DNA of 64,000 bases from Ptychomitrium polyphyllum. Taxonomy: Eukaryota. Position numbers and translations under genes: made by a program. This document shows positions 52,246 to 64,000 of the stretch, piece by piece (the stretch's first letter is position 1; the number at the start of each line of letters is the position of its first letter). Under the pieces are notes generated by a model. It saw nothing but the letters and a program-made list of their open reading frames with translations. It did no database searches and was not told the DNA's origin. The DNA is taken from NCBI GenBank assembly GCA_973851085.1, contig OZ316775.1:17794001-17858000 (forward strand), given 5' to 3'.

Positions 52246-54572
52246 ACCCTCTCTCTCGCTCTTTGCGCCCCTCCTACAGGAGAGAGAGAATTCTCAAGGT
52301 ACCCCAAATTCTGATACCCTCACCCAAACTCCCCCAAACTCCCCGCCACAAAAATCAAAACCAAAAAATCTTCCTCGAATCAAGCTCTAAGTTGGCACAG
52401 CATCACCATTCAGGCCCAATGGAAACTCCGACGTTATTCCCACTGACCCCAAATTGAACCCAATCTTGAGCAATCCTTATCACTTCCAAACTCAAGCTCA
52501 TGCACCAACCCACACAGGTAGAAATACAGTACACAAACAAGGTTATCATCAAAACTATAAACTTCGATGGAAAAAAGGTGGCTTCTTTGCACAAAGGAAA
52601 GTTGCAAAAGTGCTACCAGATTCTTGTTAAGGGATCGCGAGACAGGTGCATGCCATCCTCCAAGAATTCAATTAGGTGTGATCAACTAGGTTTTAGCTTT
52701 ATTGATGTGAACGACGCGAGCCTGGGGGGAGCTGGACGAGTCAGAGGAACCTTCTCAGTACAAGCAACGCAGCCAGCAGTAGAACGAATTGCCAAAGTGG
52801 ATATGGTAGTGGCATAGACGTCAAGGCCATCGCCAAAACGAAGATGAGATGAGTAGATAGATGCTCATTGCCTGCACTGATAGCACCAAAGTACTTATGC
52901 ATGATGGATGAATGACCGCAGTCAGTAATAGCTTACATCCACAGTCAATTCCGTCTTCTTCTGGCGGTATTCTCACAACTTGCAAGAATACTGCCGCTTT
53001 GCTTCAAACCACTGGGGCTGCGGCATGGCCGATTGTGCCAATTTCAGGTTTTTTGATTACTACAGTACCTTCGATTGTGTATGTGGACAGTGAATGCAGT
53101 GGGAATGTTCCAGTGGAAAATAACACCTGTAGACTCGAAGGTATTACCATTGGTCATACAATATAAGTTACTAGTCAAGACTCAAGGCTAGCAAGTTGGA
53201 GTGACGATTGCTGCGTGCTTTTTCTTCTTTTTTTCCCTCCGACAGTATAGAACATTCTTTCCTTGATGACCTTACAGCGTGATCTACAGTGTCAGAACAG
53301 TACTCCACTTTTTTACTAAACACTATCTACTATACAACTTCACTAAACACTAAACACTAAACACTAAACGCTGTCTCCAGTATAATGTTCTACTGTGGAA
53401 GTATTTTACTTGTGCAAGGTCATTTGGATAAAGAATGTAATGGCTACAATGTGCTTTTCTGCTTTTGAAAGGAAATCTTCAAAAATTACGGCAATTGGAA
53501 GCTTGGAGGCTGAACGATTATACTAGCCCAAATATTCTTCTCGACTCAGGTCAGTGTAGCACCGTATTACACTACTACCCTATTAGAGTCAGAGTTGGCT
53601 TCTAAGATTAAATAAGTAACTTCAACAACTTATGATGTATTTGAACATAATGTGCAAAATGAACGTTTTTGTACAGTTGAATTTCAGGGCTTCAAACCAA
53701 CAAACCAAAAGAATATATCAAAGAGCAGCGTGCATGCGACAGCGTATATGCAGAATCAGAAGGACATTCACTTTCAGCTGCATCACAAGATTCACACAAG
53801 TACTGACATTCTATAAATTTATCGTTTTCACCGGTATGGTACATAAACCACAAAACCAAAAAAGCCTAGTTTGCGATTTTCAACACAGTAAGAGCGCTTC
53901 AAATTGGTGAATTGAACAATGCAATTATCACATATCAATCAAACTCCCATTCAAACAGTGACTAATAACATGCAATTAAAGAGTGCCCGGCTTCAGCATA
54001 CTCATTACGTCTGTGTGGAACAATATCAGGCTATCCTGATAAGCCAGACCTCCGGCCTGCTGTGCTATAAACCTACATAATTTTCCAACCTTCTCATACT
54101 AGTCCTTAAAAAGCTTCGTCTGTTGTATTTTGACAGAGTAATCCTCACCAGTCTATTAAGTATGGATACACAATAGTATACAATGATTGTACATAAGGAG
54201 TCTTAGCTCCGGTATGAATAACTTTACAAGAGCAATCGGCAACCATTTTGAGAGCTTCACTCGCAATCTAAGACGCCTATATCCACATACACTACAATAG
54301 GGCTATGATCAATGCCTAGCCTTAGTATGTCATCACATGGTGCTACCTGTAGGTCTTTGAAAATTACAAGGAGTATGCTATTGTGGTGTATCGGTTACAG
54401 CCACTACAGGTTCACCTGACAATCAGCAACTGCGCACATCTTCCAAGTGAAAAAGGAACATACCACGAGAGACGAGGAAGTCGCCTAAAATCTTGGTCAT
54501 CAAGTGCAACAGAGTTGGCTTTCAGTCTGAGGCCAGCCCTCTTATCTTCTCGCAGGTGGGCTTGGAACTCGA

Positions 54573-56030
54573 TCAACTCTTGCGCAATTCCAAGGCGTCA
54601 GCTATTCGACCAACACTAATGAGCAACTTATCAAGCAGAATCATGAGGCCCTTTCCTTCTTCTATCCGCAGCTCACGGTCATGAAGGAGCTGGAGCTGCA
54701 AGTTACGACTTGTGTTTTCCAAGGCAGAGAGCAGCCTCTCCTCTATGGTCTCAGGTCGCCGCTTCCTTTTTTTCCTTTTCGTGAGGCTTTCTTCCTGCTT
54801 GGGGCAGCCTGAGGAACGCAAGAAATTCATGAGTACATAACTTCAGCTCAATATGGTTTCACAGTAAACTCTCAGCAGACACGAAATGGCGAAACATTAC
54901 ACCTTATCCAAAGACTGGGTTATTGGTGATATAACACAATCCTATTAAAAGCGTCTCAATAATGTACAGAAATCTACACTTTTTGAGCTTTCAAAGAAGA
55001 TACAGTATGGACTACATATTGTGTGCGCGTGTAAATTATGCAAACCTCAATTCTAAGCAAGGTATGTATGCAACCTGACCTAGCACAACCAAACCTAATT
55101 CAAAGCTCAATTCGTGTGGCTCGCATAGAAGCATTATTTACTGAAATCTAGGCAGTTCTGTAGCAACAATGCCGAACGGTCTACACTAGGATATACTATA
55201 ACCTGTAAAATCTCCAACAGCTTCCTTTAACAGTAGTTTGAAACCAGGGTCGGATGCAGATATTACTGGCTTTACAAACTTTTAGAGTAAACTCACAAAG
55301 TGGAAAGGTATGCAGATAGAACAGAGTTAGTATTTGGTTCAGAATGTAGGGAATAGGTCAGCTACAGAGCGGCAAACCCAAAAAATTTGATCGCAGCAGC
55401 AGTGGTTAGAAAGAATCATTTACCTGTTACATCGGTTGAGCATCCAGGACCACAATCCTCAGATGACGCTGCATTTCCGTGGCCCTCATCCTCTTCTACA
55501 GGCAAGTCCACCTCCTCCTTGCCAGGCCGAGGCGTTTCTGAAGTCACCTTTGCTGACGTCGCAGGCAACTTTTTACAATAGTTGTCTAAAACCTCAAACA
55601 CTTCTTGCTCAAAACTAGAAGCCAACTTTTGTTCTCTCCGTTGCTCCGCGGTCATGGTCCAGTACGAACCCCCATGCAACTTCTCATAATCCTTAATTTT
55701 CTTATAGTCTTTGTATAAGCTATGCCACCGTTTCCGACATTGGCTTGCGTCTCGCTCAACCCCAAGATCTTTGCAGTATTGGAATATGGTGACCCACTTC
55801 ACGTCTGAAGCATCTACTCCCCTAGCTGTACTATCCAGAGACTTGTCCAGCTCTTTGCTCTTTGCAGCAACTAATATTAACGATTCATGCTTTGTCCACC
55901 GTAAACCCCTCTGACCTTTGTCAGGGCCTTCCATCTTCGGTGAAATGCTTCCGTTCTTTGGCGGTACATGGAAAGGTCCTGGACGACTTCCGCCTCCAGT
56001 GTTCATTACACCAGCAGTTATTTCTTGCAT
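54573..56030 (-). CDS. Trihelix (Myb/SANT-like DNA-binding domain) transcription factor. Exons 56030-55424 and 54808-54573 (280 aa)
   Basis: RWTKHESLILVAAK...KWVTIFQYCKDLGVERDASQCRKRWHSLYKDYKKIKDYE...SYWTMTAEQRREQKL...FEQEVFEVL; basic NLS-like KRKKRKRR; C-terminal LDKLLISVGRIADAL helix. Confidence 0.88.
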
Positions 56031-57295
56031 GATTCCACTGTGTCCGAGTCATATACCTGCAAGGCCAGCAGAAGCGCTTCAACAATCAGATACATACACA
56101 TTTGAATAGGCTTCAGAGCTGGCACAACCTTGCTGGTCTCTCTTGAGTACACGATGGTAATTCTCAACGCTTCAGTAATCTGAACTAAACTGCACACCGA
56201 ACTTCCACACGACCAGTATCAGCTGAACTGCAATGAAACCACAACTTGATGACGTGTTTGTTAAAAGATGTAGCGTAGGAAACATGACTGAACAAAAAAT
56301 CCGCTCAGAACCGATGCAGCAGTTGGAGCCCACTAGCACATGAAAACCAGAGATACTTGGACCAAGGAAACGGAGCAGAGTGAAACAAGTAGCTCATAAG
56401 GTAGCACAGAACTTTCAGCCACAAGATTAGCAATCAATGGTTCACCCAACTCGGTAGCTTGCCCATCAGATGCTAGGGAAGATTGACCGTCATAGATTGA
56501 CGTCAAGGAATGGACGTAAACGATGGGGAGGGGGTAGCTCTAAATATGCTAATAGTGTTGCTCCAGTAATCTAAGCTGGCACTTAAAAATGGGCCATGGT
56601 GGACATCATTTTTTTCTCAATTCAAATATCAACGTCCATCCCCAGCAAACCCTTCTTTTCGGCCAACAGCATCACCACAAAATTCTACAAAACCATATGT
56701 TGCATCCCCACAAGCAACCACATCACAAAAAATGTGAATTCAGCCCAATTTACCGGCATTTGGCGATACAAACGGCAACAGGCGCCAACCATGCCGTCTC
56801 AAACCCCCACAAACGGATTAAAATCCACCTGAATCACGAAACGAAAAAAAAAAACTCATCAACCGAAAAAGAACAAACTTACCAATCATCAGAACCTAAT
56901 TCGTCACCAAAGCACCCTACCCTAAGATTTCATGCACATGCCAAAACCTCTGCAGTTTCTACAAATCGTTCATCAAAAACCTAAAACTCAATCCAAAAAA
57001 GCAAAGTACACAACCCTCAGAAAACTCGACAGCGAAAACCTCTGTCCACCCTCACTCCGATCTCACAGACAGAAACAGACCTACTACTGCAATCCCAAAT
57101 CTTACTCTCAACTTTACTGTCCGAGCTTCCTACCATTTCGACAGTCCCACACTCATAAAATCCAAATCCTTGCCAAAACATATAAAACGAAGCCAATCCA
57201 TGCTCGAGGTGATCAACAATTCAGCGCCAATCCGAAACCCAGACATCCCTATTCAAAGCTGAGTGATGTGCGCGAAGTGCAGGATGGCTGCTTAC

Positions 57296-57500
57296 CTCAC
57301 TGATACTATAAGCGCCGCTCCATGCGATGACCGTTTGGTGCTTGAGCAGCCTTGGAGTGTCCGCCTCAGTACGGTGCTGGTGTCGCATGTGCGCGACGCA
57401 GAGCGAGCACTGGCGATGGAGGTTGGAGTGACCACCACGACGACGGCGACGACGATGACGACGCGGACGACGCACGAGAGGAGAGAAACCCTAGAGTGCT
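57296..57500 (-). other. Probable non-coding first exon (5' leader) of the trihelix gene
   Basis: GC-rich segment starting near TAGGGTTTCTCTCCTCTC with (CGT)n runs; donor GAG|GTAAGC at 57296/57295; acceptor TTGCAG| at 56057/56056. Confidence 0.55.
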
Positions 57501-60500
57501 GGCTGCTGGTGCTGCATCGAGTGAGTCTTCCCTATTCCAAGCAGAGGAAAAAAGCACGACCTTGACCACGACCACGACGACAACAACATCATCCCAGAAA
57601 AACAAAAAAACAAAAAATCCGCAACGATTAAAAAATCATTCGCGCTGCGAAAACATGGCACTCAGCGAGCGAGATGATGTTCTCCCCCGCGTTCCCGCGT
57701 TTGACGGCCCTGAGAGCTTCCCCTCTGAGGGAGCGTTCCCTCTCGGTTGTTTTACTTCTCTGCAAATGAGAAACTCTGTAAAGCGATGTTTACGTATTGA
57801 CGCTCCACAGCTTTTCTGCCACGTAGCAGTTTTCAAAGACCCTTCGTTCTGAAATAAGCTTAGCGCCATCTAAGCATCTAACCAAGCATCTAACCAGCTA
57901 TTCAACCAGCCATTCAACCAGGGATCTAACCAAACATTTAACCAGAAATTTCAAGAGACACGTAGGCATCTAAAGAAACATATCACTTCTAATCGAAAAT
58001 CTAAATCAAATCTGACATTTAACAAATCAGTACCTCTTTCCTGGTCTGTTTTTATGCAAAGAGGTTTTACAACAATTTTCAGATTCAATCTTGTTTTATG
58101 CATATATGCTTTCTTTTTACTTTTATTTTATTTTATTTTTAGTCTAAAGTTATTAAAATAAATCTTTCATACCATAATAGAATGTTGTTAAGAAAATTGT
58201 GCACAAATACAACAAGATAGGAACTCATTCATTAATATTCTATTTTTTACACAATTGTGAAATATTTTGAAATATCACAGATTAAATATATAATCAATCC
58301 AAAGGAAAAAATTAGGCTATTACTATGTCTTCAATGTAATGGCATTTAACTTTATTTCTTTACAATTGTAAAAGTTTTAAAAAATAAAATAAAACAATCA
58401 AACAATTGATAAAGGTAAAATTATAGAATAATAAAACAATAAATAGAAAAAGTAAAAATATAATGCAATTTTTTTTTTTAAATCATAAATTATTACATTG
58501 CAAAATAAAAACCAATAAATAAGAGTAAAATTGTAAGTAAGTTTTATAAGTGCAAAGATAGGATGGAACTATAAGATTTTATTTTGTATTACATATAGAA
58601 ATTTAAAAGTAAATATGTTTGAATGTCTTTTTTGACAAAGGGTGTTCTTTTAAGTAGTTAAACATTTATTATAAGAGTAATAGGATAATAATTTACAACA
58701 ACAAGTTACTAATATGAAGTTATGTATAGAATTAAAAAAGTAAACGGTTTTCAAATTACAAATCTTATAAAAACTTTAACTTATAAAATATTTTCAAAGA
58801 TTAACTAAACTCAAGATCATAAGGAATGAAATAAGTAAATTGTTATTGATTCAATTATAAATTATACTCGATACTTTGTTGTATATTAAATGATGATATT
58901 TACAAATTTTAAATAGTTGTATTTAAAATCTTAAAAAATATGTAAAATGGTAATTTTTTAAAAATTTAAAAACTAACAGCCAGATAAACTATTTATAAAA
59001 TTGTCACAATGATGTTAATAATCCTTTTGTTGTATACTAGCTTTATATGATTAAAAAAAAATTCTAATTGGAAATTTATAAAAATGCTTTTGAAAAATAA
59101 AATTCACAAATTTTGAAGCATTCTTCATTTATTGTTATAATAATTAATAATTTATTTGATAAAGTATTTTTAGAAATTTCACAAGATTCATAAAGTTGTG
59201 CCATTTGAAAAAGGTTATTGTACAAAACCAATTTGATGGTTGTGTGTTTCTTTGAATTGAAACTTTCTCTATAAACTTTTATTTTACAAAATTCAAAATT
59301 CAAAAGTTTTATAATTGGTTTTAAAAAAGTATGCATTTGTGGTGTAAAAACATTTGTGTATAAAATCTGGATGCTTATTTGCATACAATCATACAATAGT
59401 AAATTTTAAAATAAATGAAATTAGAGAAATAGACATTATTTTATGGCCAAATATTTATAAAAGATCCGTTTAATCAAATTTTCCAAAAATTTATATATAG
59501 TTAGACATATAAGATAAAATTGAATTTTTAAAAAATTTAATATAAATAATAATGACATATATAATTAACGTGTTTCAATTTAATAGTACATATAGGTTTA
59601 TTTGCAGTAAGTATTTTTGATGAAGTCTATATTACATGCATAAATAAATATGTGTAATTAAATCTCTGTAACTTTTGTGTCATGGTTTTAAAGATTAGAT
59701 TTTATCCATCACTATTAATAAAAACAATGTATATTTATAATCAAACAATGTAAAGTCTATAATAATAATTGAAAATGTCTAAATTGATAAAACAAAAAAT
59801 AAAAAGTTCCAATTTTACATCTTTGAAAGAAAAATTAAATCCAAAAACATTTTGACATATAATAGATTTACAAAATTTATCTATTTTAACAACAGATGAT
59901 AAAAAGAATTACTTGTAACCAAAAAATATAGAAATTAATACTTTATAGTCTCTTTAATTACATTTATGAGTTTAAATAGAGTAAATTATAATAAAATCTT
60001 TAAATAGTTTTTTACTTCCATTTGTGTTATTATTGTCCCACATTTTCTTTATAAACTACTCCATTTTTAATCTTTCTATGCTTTTGTTTAATTCTTATTA
60101 ATTTCCGATTTTTTAATTTATCTTTTTTTTTTATCAAAGTATATTATTATTATTATTATTTTTATTTTATTTTTCAGGAAAATTCCTTGTGATCTCAAAT
60201 AATATTTGGTTTATCTAAAACAATTGTTCTTTTAGATGTTAGAACTAGTAAGTTTACATTAATGAATGGTTTTTTCTCATTAGTTTTTACTTCATTAAAA
60301 GAAAAATTGTTAAAATTCCATAAATTCCATGTTTTGATTATAATCTAACATACTAATTGTACTACATACAAAGGCATGCATGTCCATACTCTAAAAATAA
60401 ACTGTAACTCATTTTGTAATTAATTCTAATATAATAGTATTATCAAATTTACTGTGACTTATATTATTTGAATTAAATGAATAATCATTGATTAGAATTA

Positions 60501-60671
60501 GCTAATTAATAAATTGGTACTTTACACAAAAACTCACAAGATAATAAATTGCCTTATAAAAAAATTGTATTTAAACTAGAATCTTTTTAGTTCATTTATT
60601 TAATACAATTATAAATCTTTGGTCTTTGCCTTAATAAAAAATGAAGTTTTTAAACGAACAATGATAAGGTA

Positions 60672-60778
60672 TGTAACGATTAAGGCCAGTAATTACCAAA
60701 TCAGTAATAACTTAATAGTTTTGTAGTACAAATTCTTATCTAAAGAAAGTTAGTTACAATAGTATTGGAATTGATAAC
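60672..60778. repeat. Terminal fragment of the old solo-LTR-like repeat, interrupted by the Gypsy insertion
   Basis: Begins TGTAACGATTAAGGCCAG; its reverse complement resembles ~4701..4807. Confidence 0.55.
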
Positions 60779-61256
60779 TGTCACGGCCATAGATTATGCA
60801 ACATAGTCCTTAGAACATTCTAGAATCTTCTAGTATACTATAATAGCTTCTTATAATACTTTTAGATGTCTCCATAATCTTTCCAAGTTCTTAGAAAGCT
60901 TCCTAGGAAAGATCCTCCACCTTAAGAAACTTCCAAGGAAGGTTCCAACTCCTTGGAAGCCTCTTAGAAAGGTTCCAAGATCTTAAGAAACTTCTTGGTA
61001 AGGATCCCTAGACTTCCAGAATATTCTTAAGCCTTGTAGGAAGCTTCTTTAGAAGTATCCTAGGAAATACAAACGTCATAGTATAAATAGGAGGCAAGAC
61101 AAGGTTTTCCTCAGTCTTGCCAACACAAGTTGTGGATCATCTTGAATCCTGCCTTGTTCTAGTCTTTGTATCAAGTTCTTGTTAATCATTAGCTCTTTGG
61201 AAGCTAATTCTTGGGAAACACTTCGTTTCTGCTTCTTGTTTCTTGTGTCCCTAACA
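60779..61256 (+). mobile_element. 5' LTR of a Ty3/Gypsy element (478 bp, TG...CA)
   Basis: TGTCACGG...CCCTAACA ends, TATAAATA at 61082, and homology to the LTR at 1..524. Confidence 0.8.
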
Positions 61257-61258
61257 GT

Positions 61259-61269
61259 TTGGCAAGACT
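61259..61269 (+). promoter_or_regulatory. Primer-binding site complementary to the element's own R region (self-priming type)
   Basis: TTGGCAAGACT, 2 nt after the LTR end, is the exact reverse complement of AGTCTTGCCAA at 61113..61123. Confidence 0.75.
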
Positions 61270-61492
61270 ACTTTTCATCTCTGTAAGAGCTAAGGTTCTT
61301 TGAAGAAAATTGTAGATTACCCATCTTCTTTAGGATTCCATAGCGTCTTAGAGGTTGCGGATTACCCTCCTCAAAGCTGGCACCATAGAGTTGGTTTCTC
61401 CTTCTAGAATCAAGTATAACTTCTTTTAAAGGATGTGGATTTTCCTCCTTTGAAGGTACTCATAGTCTTTTTGTCTTTGAGAGTCTTAAGAA

Positions 61493-64000
61493 ATGGATAA
61501 CGTGCTTGGAACATCAGAGAATAGGTTTGCAACTATTACAGACCTTCAAGAGTTATTAAACACAGTTTGAACGGAACTCGCCCGTTTTAATACCACCAAC
61601 AATTTGGAGCAACATACTCGGCAAGCTGAAGAATCCAATGGTGATATTCAAAGCCTATATCAAGAAGTTGTTCGATTGCAAGAGGCCAATATTGAAAGGG
61701 GGGCTTACATTGAATCCACGCAGATCCAAAGATTAACATGCCAGATAAGTTCGATGGATCAAGATCAAAATTGAGAAGCTTTGCTCAACAAGTAAGACTC
61801 TTCCTTAGTTTGCATCAATCTCGCTATCCTGATGGCACAACTCAAGTGGGATTTGTGGCCACTCTTTTATCAAACAATGCACTATCGTGGATTGCACTAC
61901 TAATAGAGAAGCAGTCACCATTATTGAACAACTTAGATGTTTTTATAGAAGCATTGACATCTACTTTTGGAGACACCGACCAAGAAAGGGTGGCTGAAAC
62001 AAGGATCCAGAGTCTCCAACAAGGACAGCGCTCAGTTGCTACATATGCTGCAGAGTTTTGACAATTAATTTGCGACCTTAATTGGATTGATAAAGCCTTG
62101 GTCACACAATTTTGATGGGGCTTAAGAGAGGATGTAAAGGACTTGCTACTTACAATGCCAAGAGTTGAAACATTAGACAAATTCATCACTCAAGCAATAG
62201 CATGTGACAATAGACTATTTGAGAGGCGCCAAGAACAATGCTTGGGATGGCGACCAGTACATCAAAGCATGGCTACTACTTCTTCAATAATATTGGATAA
62301 TCGACCACAAGGACCAGAACCTATGCATTTTGATGCTGCCCAGTTCAGGCGTTCGACTCCAAAAGAAAAAAAAAGGCGTCGAAGAGAAAATCTATGTTTG
62401 TATTGTGGCAAGTTTGGACATAAAGTGCGCGATTGCCAAATCAAAGGATCTGCCTTTAAGGCTCAAAGCACAATAGTGGAGTTGGAAAACGAGGCTGTCC
62501 AGTCACAATAGAAACCATGCGACTGGACACAACAAAGAAACCACCATCAAATTAAAGTCTCTTATTACCTTCAAGCCCTACTTCTTGTTTTATATTTCCT
62601 ATTAAAATAAAATTGTTAGATGATGAAATAATGAGTGAGCTCTTTTAGACACTGGTGCAACAACATGTTTTATGGATAAGGATTTTGCAACCAAACATCA
62701 CATGGTGCTTGTGAAGGAAAAATACCCCGCACTTGTTGAAGTTATTGATGGACGATGTCTTGCGTTTGGCAACGTTATTGAAGAAACTCAACCCTTGGAG
62801 GTTGTTTTAGGAGACCAGGCATCTAAGATTGTCTTTAACATCATTCAATGCCAAATGAATCCTATTGTTTTGGGCCTTCCTTGGTTTGAATTACATAATC
62901 CAGACATTGACTGGCGCTCACGAAATGTGGTCTTAAGGAAAAGACGCCAAGGTACGAAAAATCTTGGACCATCATTTATTGGAGGTAAGGCATTTATGAG
63001 AGCGGCAGAAGATGAACCAATCTATGCCATTTATGCCACGCCAATGTCAAGTTCTACAATAGAGACTAATAGAAATATACCTCGTTAATATCAAGATTAT
63101 AAAGACGTTTTTAAAAAGAAGAATGCAGACATGTTACCAAAGCCCCAGCCTTACAATTGTACCATTGAGTTGCAGGAGCCCAACCACCTTTTGGACCTAT
63201 TTATAACTTATCACAAACTAAGTTGGCTGCCTTGAGAGAATATATTGATGAAAACCTTGGAAAGGATTTCATTCAACATTCTAAATTACTTGCTGGAGCA
63301 CCCATTCTATTTATAAAGAAGAAAGATGGATCATTATGTATGTGCGTGGACTATCAAGGCCTCAATAAAGTAACAAAAAAGAATTGCTATCCATTACTAT
63401 TAATCTCAGGACTCCTACAACAACTTGGCCAAGCAAAGATATTCACCAAAACTGATCTTAGAGGAGCCTACAATCTTGTACGCATCAAAGAATGAGACGA
63501 ATGGAAGACAGCTTTTTGATCTAGGTATGGTCATCTCAAATACAATGTCAAGCCTTTTGGCCTTACTAATGCTCTTGCAGTCTTTCAACATATGATGAAT
63601 GATATCTTCTTTGAACATCTGGATGATTTTATAGTCATCTATTTAGATGATATTTTGATATATTCAAAGGATGAACAAGACCACAAATGTCATGTGCGAC
63701 TGGGCTTAGAAAAATTACGCCAGCGAGGATTATATGCCAAATTGGAGAAGTGCTTTTTCCATGAGTCCTCGGTTGAATTTTTAGGCTACATCATTTCCAA
63801 AGGAAGAATCCATATGGATAAAAAGAAAATAAGCACTGTCATGGAGTGGAGTACGCCAAGATCAATTCGAGATGTTCAATGCTTCTTGGGATTTGCAAAC
63901 TTCTATAGAATATTCATCAAGAATTATTCCAAGATTGCAGCACCATTAACACGTCTTACGGGGAAGCAAAAATTCATTTGGGATGAAGAGGCTGAAAATG
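61493..64000 (+). pseudogene. Degenerate Gypsy gag-pol (gag, CCHC knuckle, aspartic protease, RT), running off the window end
   Basis: MPDKFDGSRSKLRSF gag; CLYCGKFGHKVRDC; LLDTGATTCFMD protease (~62641); [32 protein letters not shown] and YLDDILIYS RT motifs. Several in-frame stops and frameshifts. Confidence 0.93.

Noticed and set aside
58000..60660. Very AT-rich tract with a 106-aa ORF
   Set aside because: Compositional ORF with no coding signal or clear repeat structure.

Overview
Eukaryotic, intron-containing plant DNA with GC-rich genes in very AT-rich, LTR-retrotransposon-littered intergenic sequence. Gene and TE style suggest a moss such as Physcomitrium patens (inference). The dominant structure is a 13,779-bp near-perfect inverted duplication (7675..21453 / 24268..38046) that places two complete tail-to-tail copies of a MOS1/BAT2(PRRC2)-like gene (~1850 aa, 8 coding exons) around a ~3.2-kb segment bounded by 140-bp inverted repeats. 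A 100-N assembly gap with a 1462-bp overlapping duplication lies at the centre. Further right are a decayed hAT transposase, a 7-exon chloroplast calcium-sensing receptor (CAS)-like gene, a trihelix/Myb-SANT transcription factor gene, and a degenerate Ty3/Gypsy element whose primer site is complementary to its own predicted transcript 5' end (Tf1-type self-priming). The first 7.6 kb are nested Gypsy/chromovirus fragments. All coordinates were read by eye; exon models rest on GT-AG sites, frame continuity and recalled family motifs, not on transcript data.
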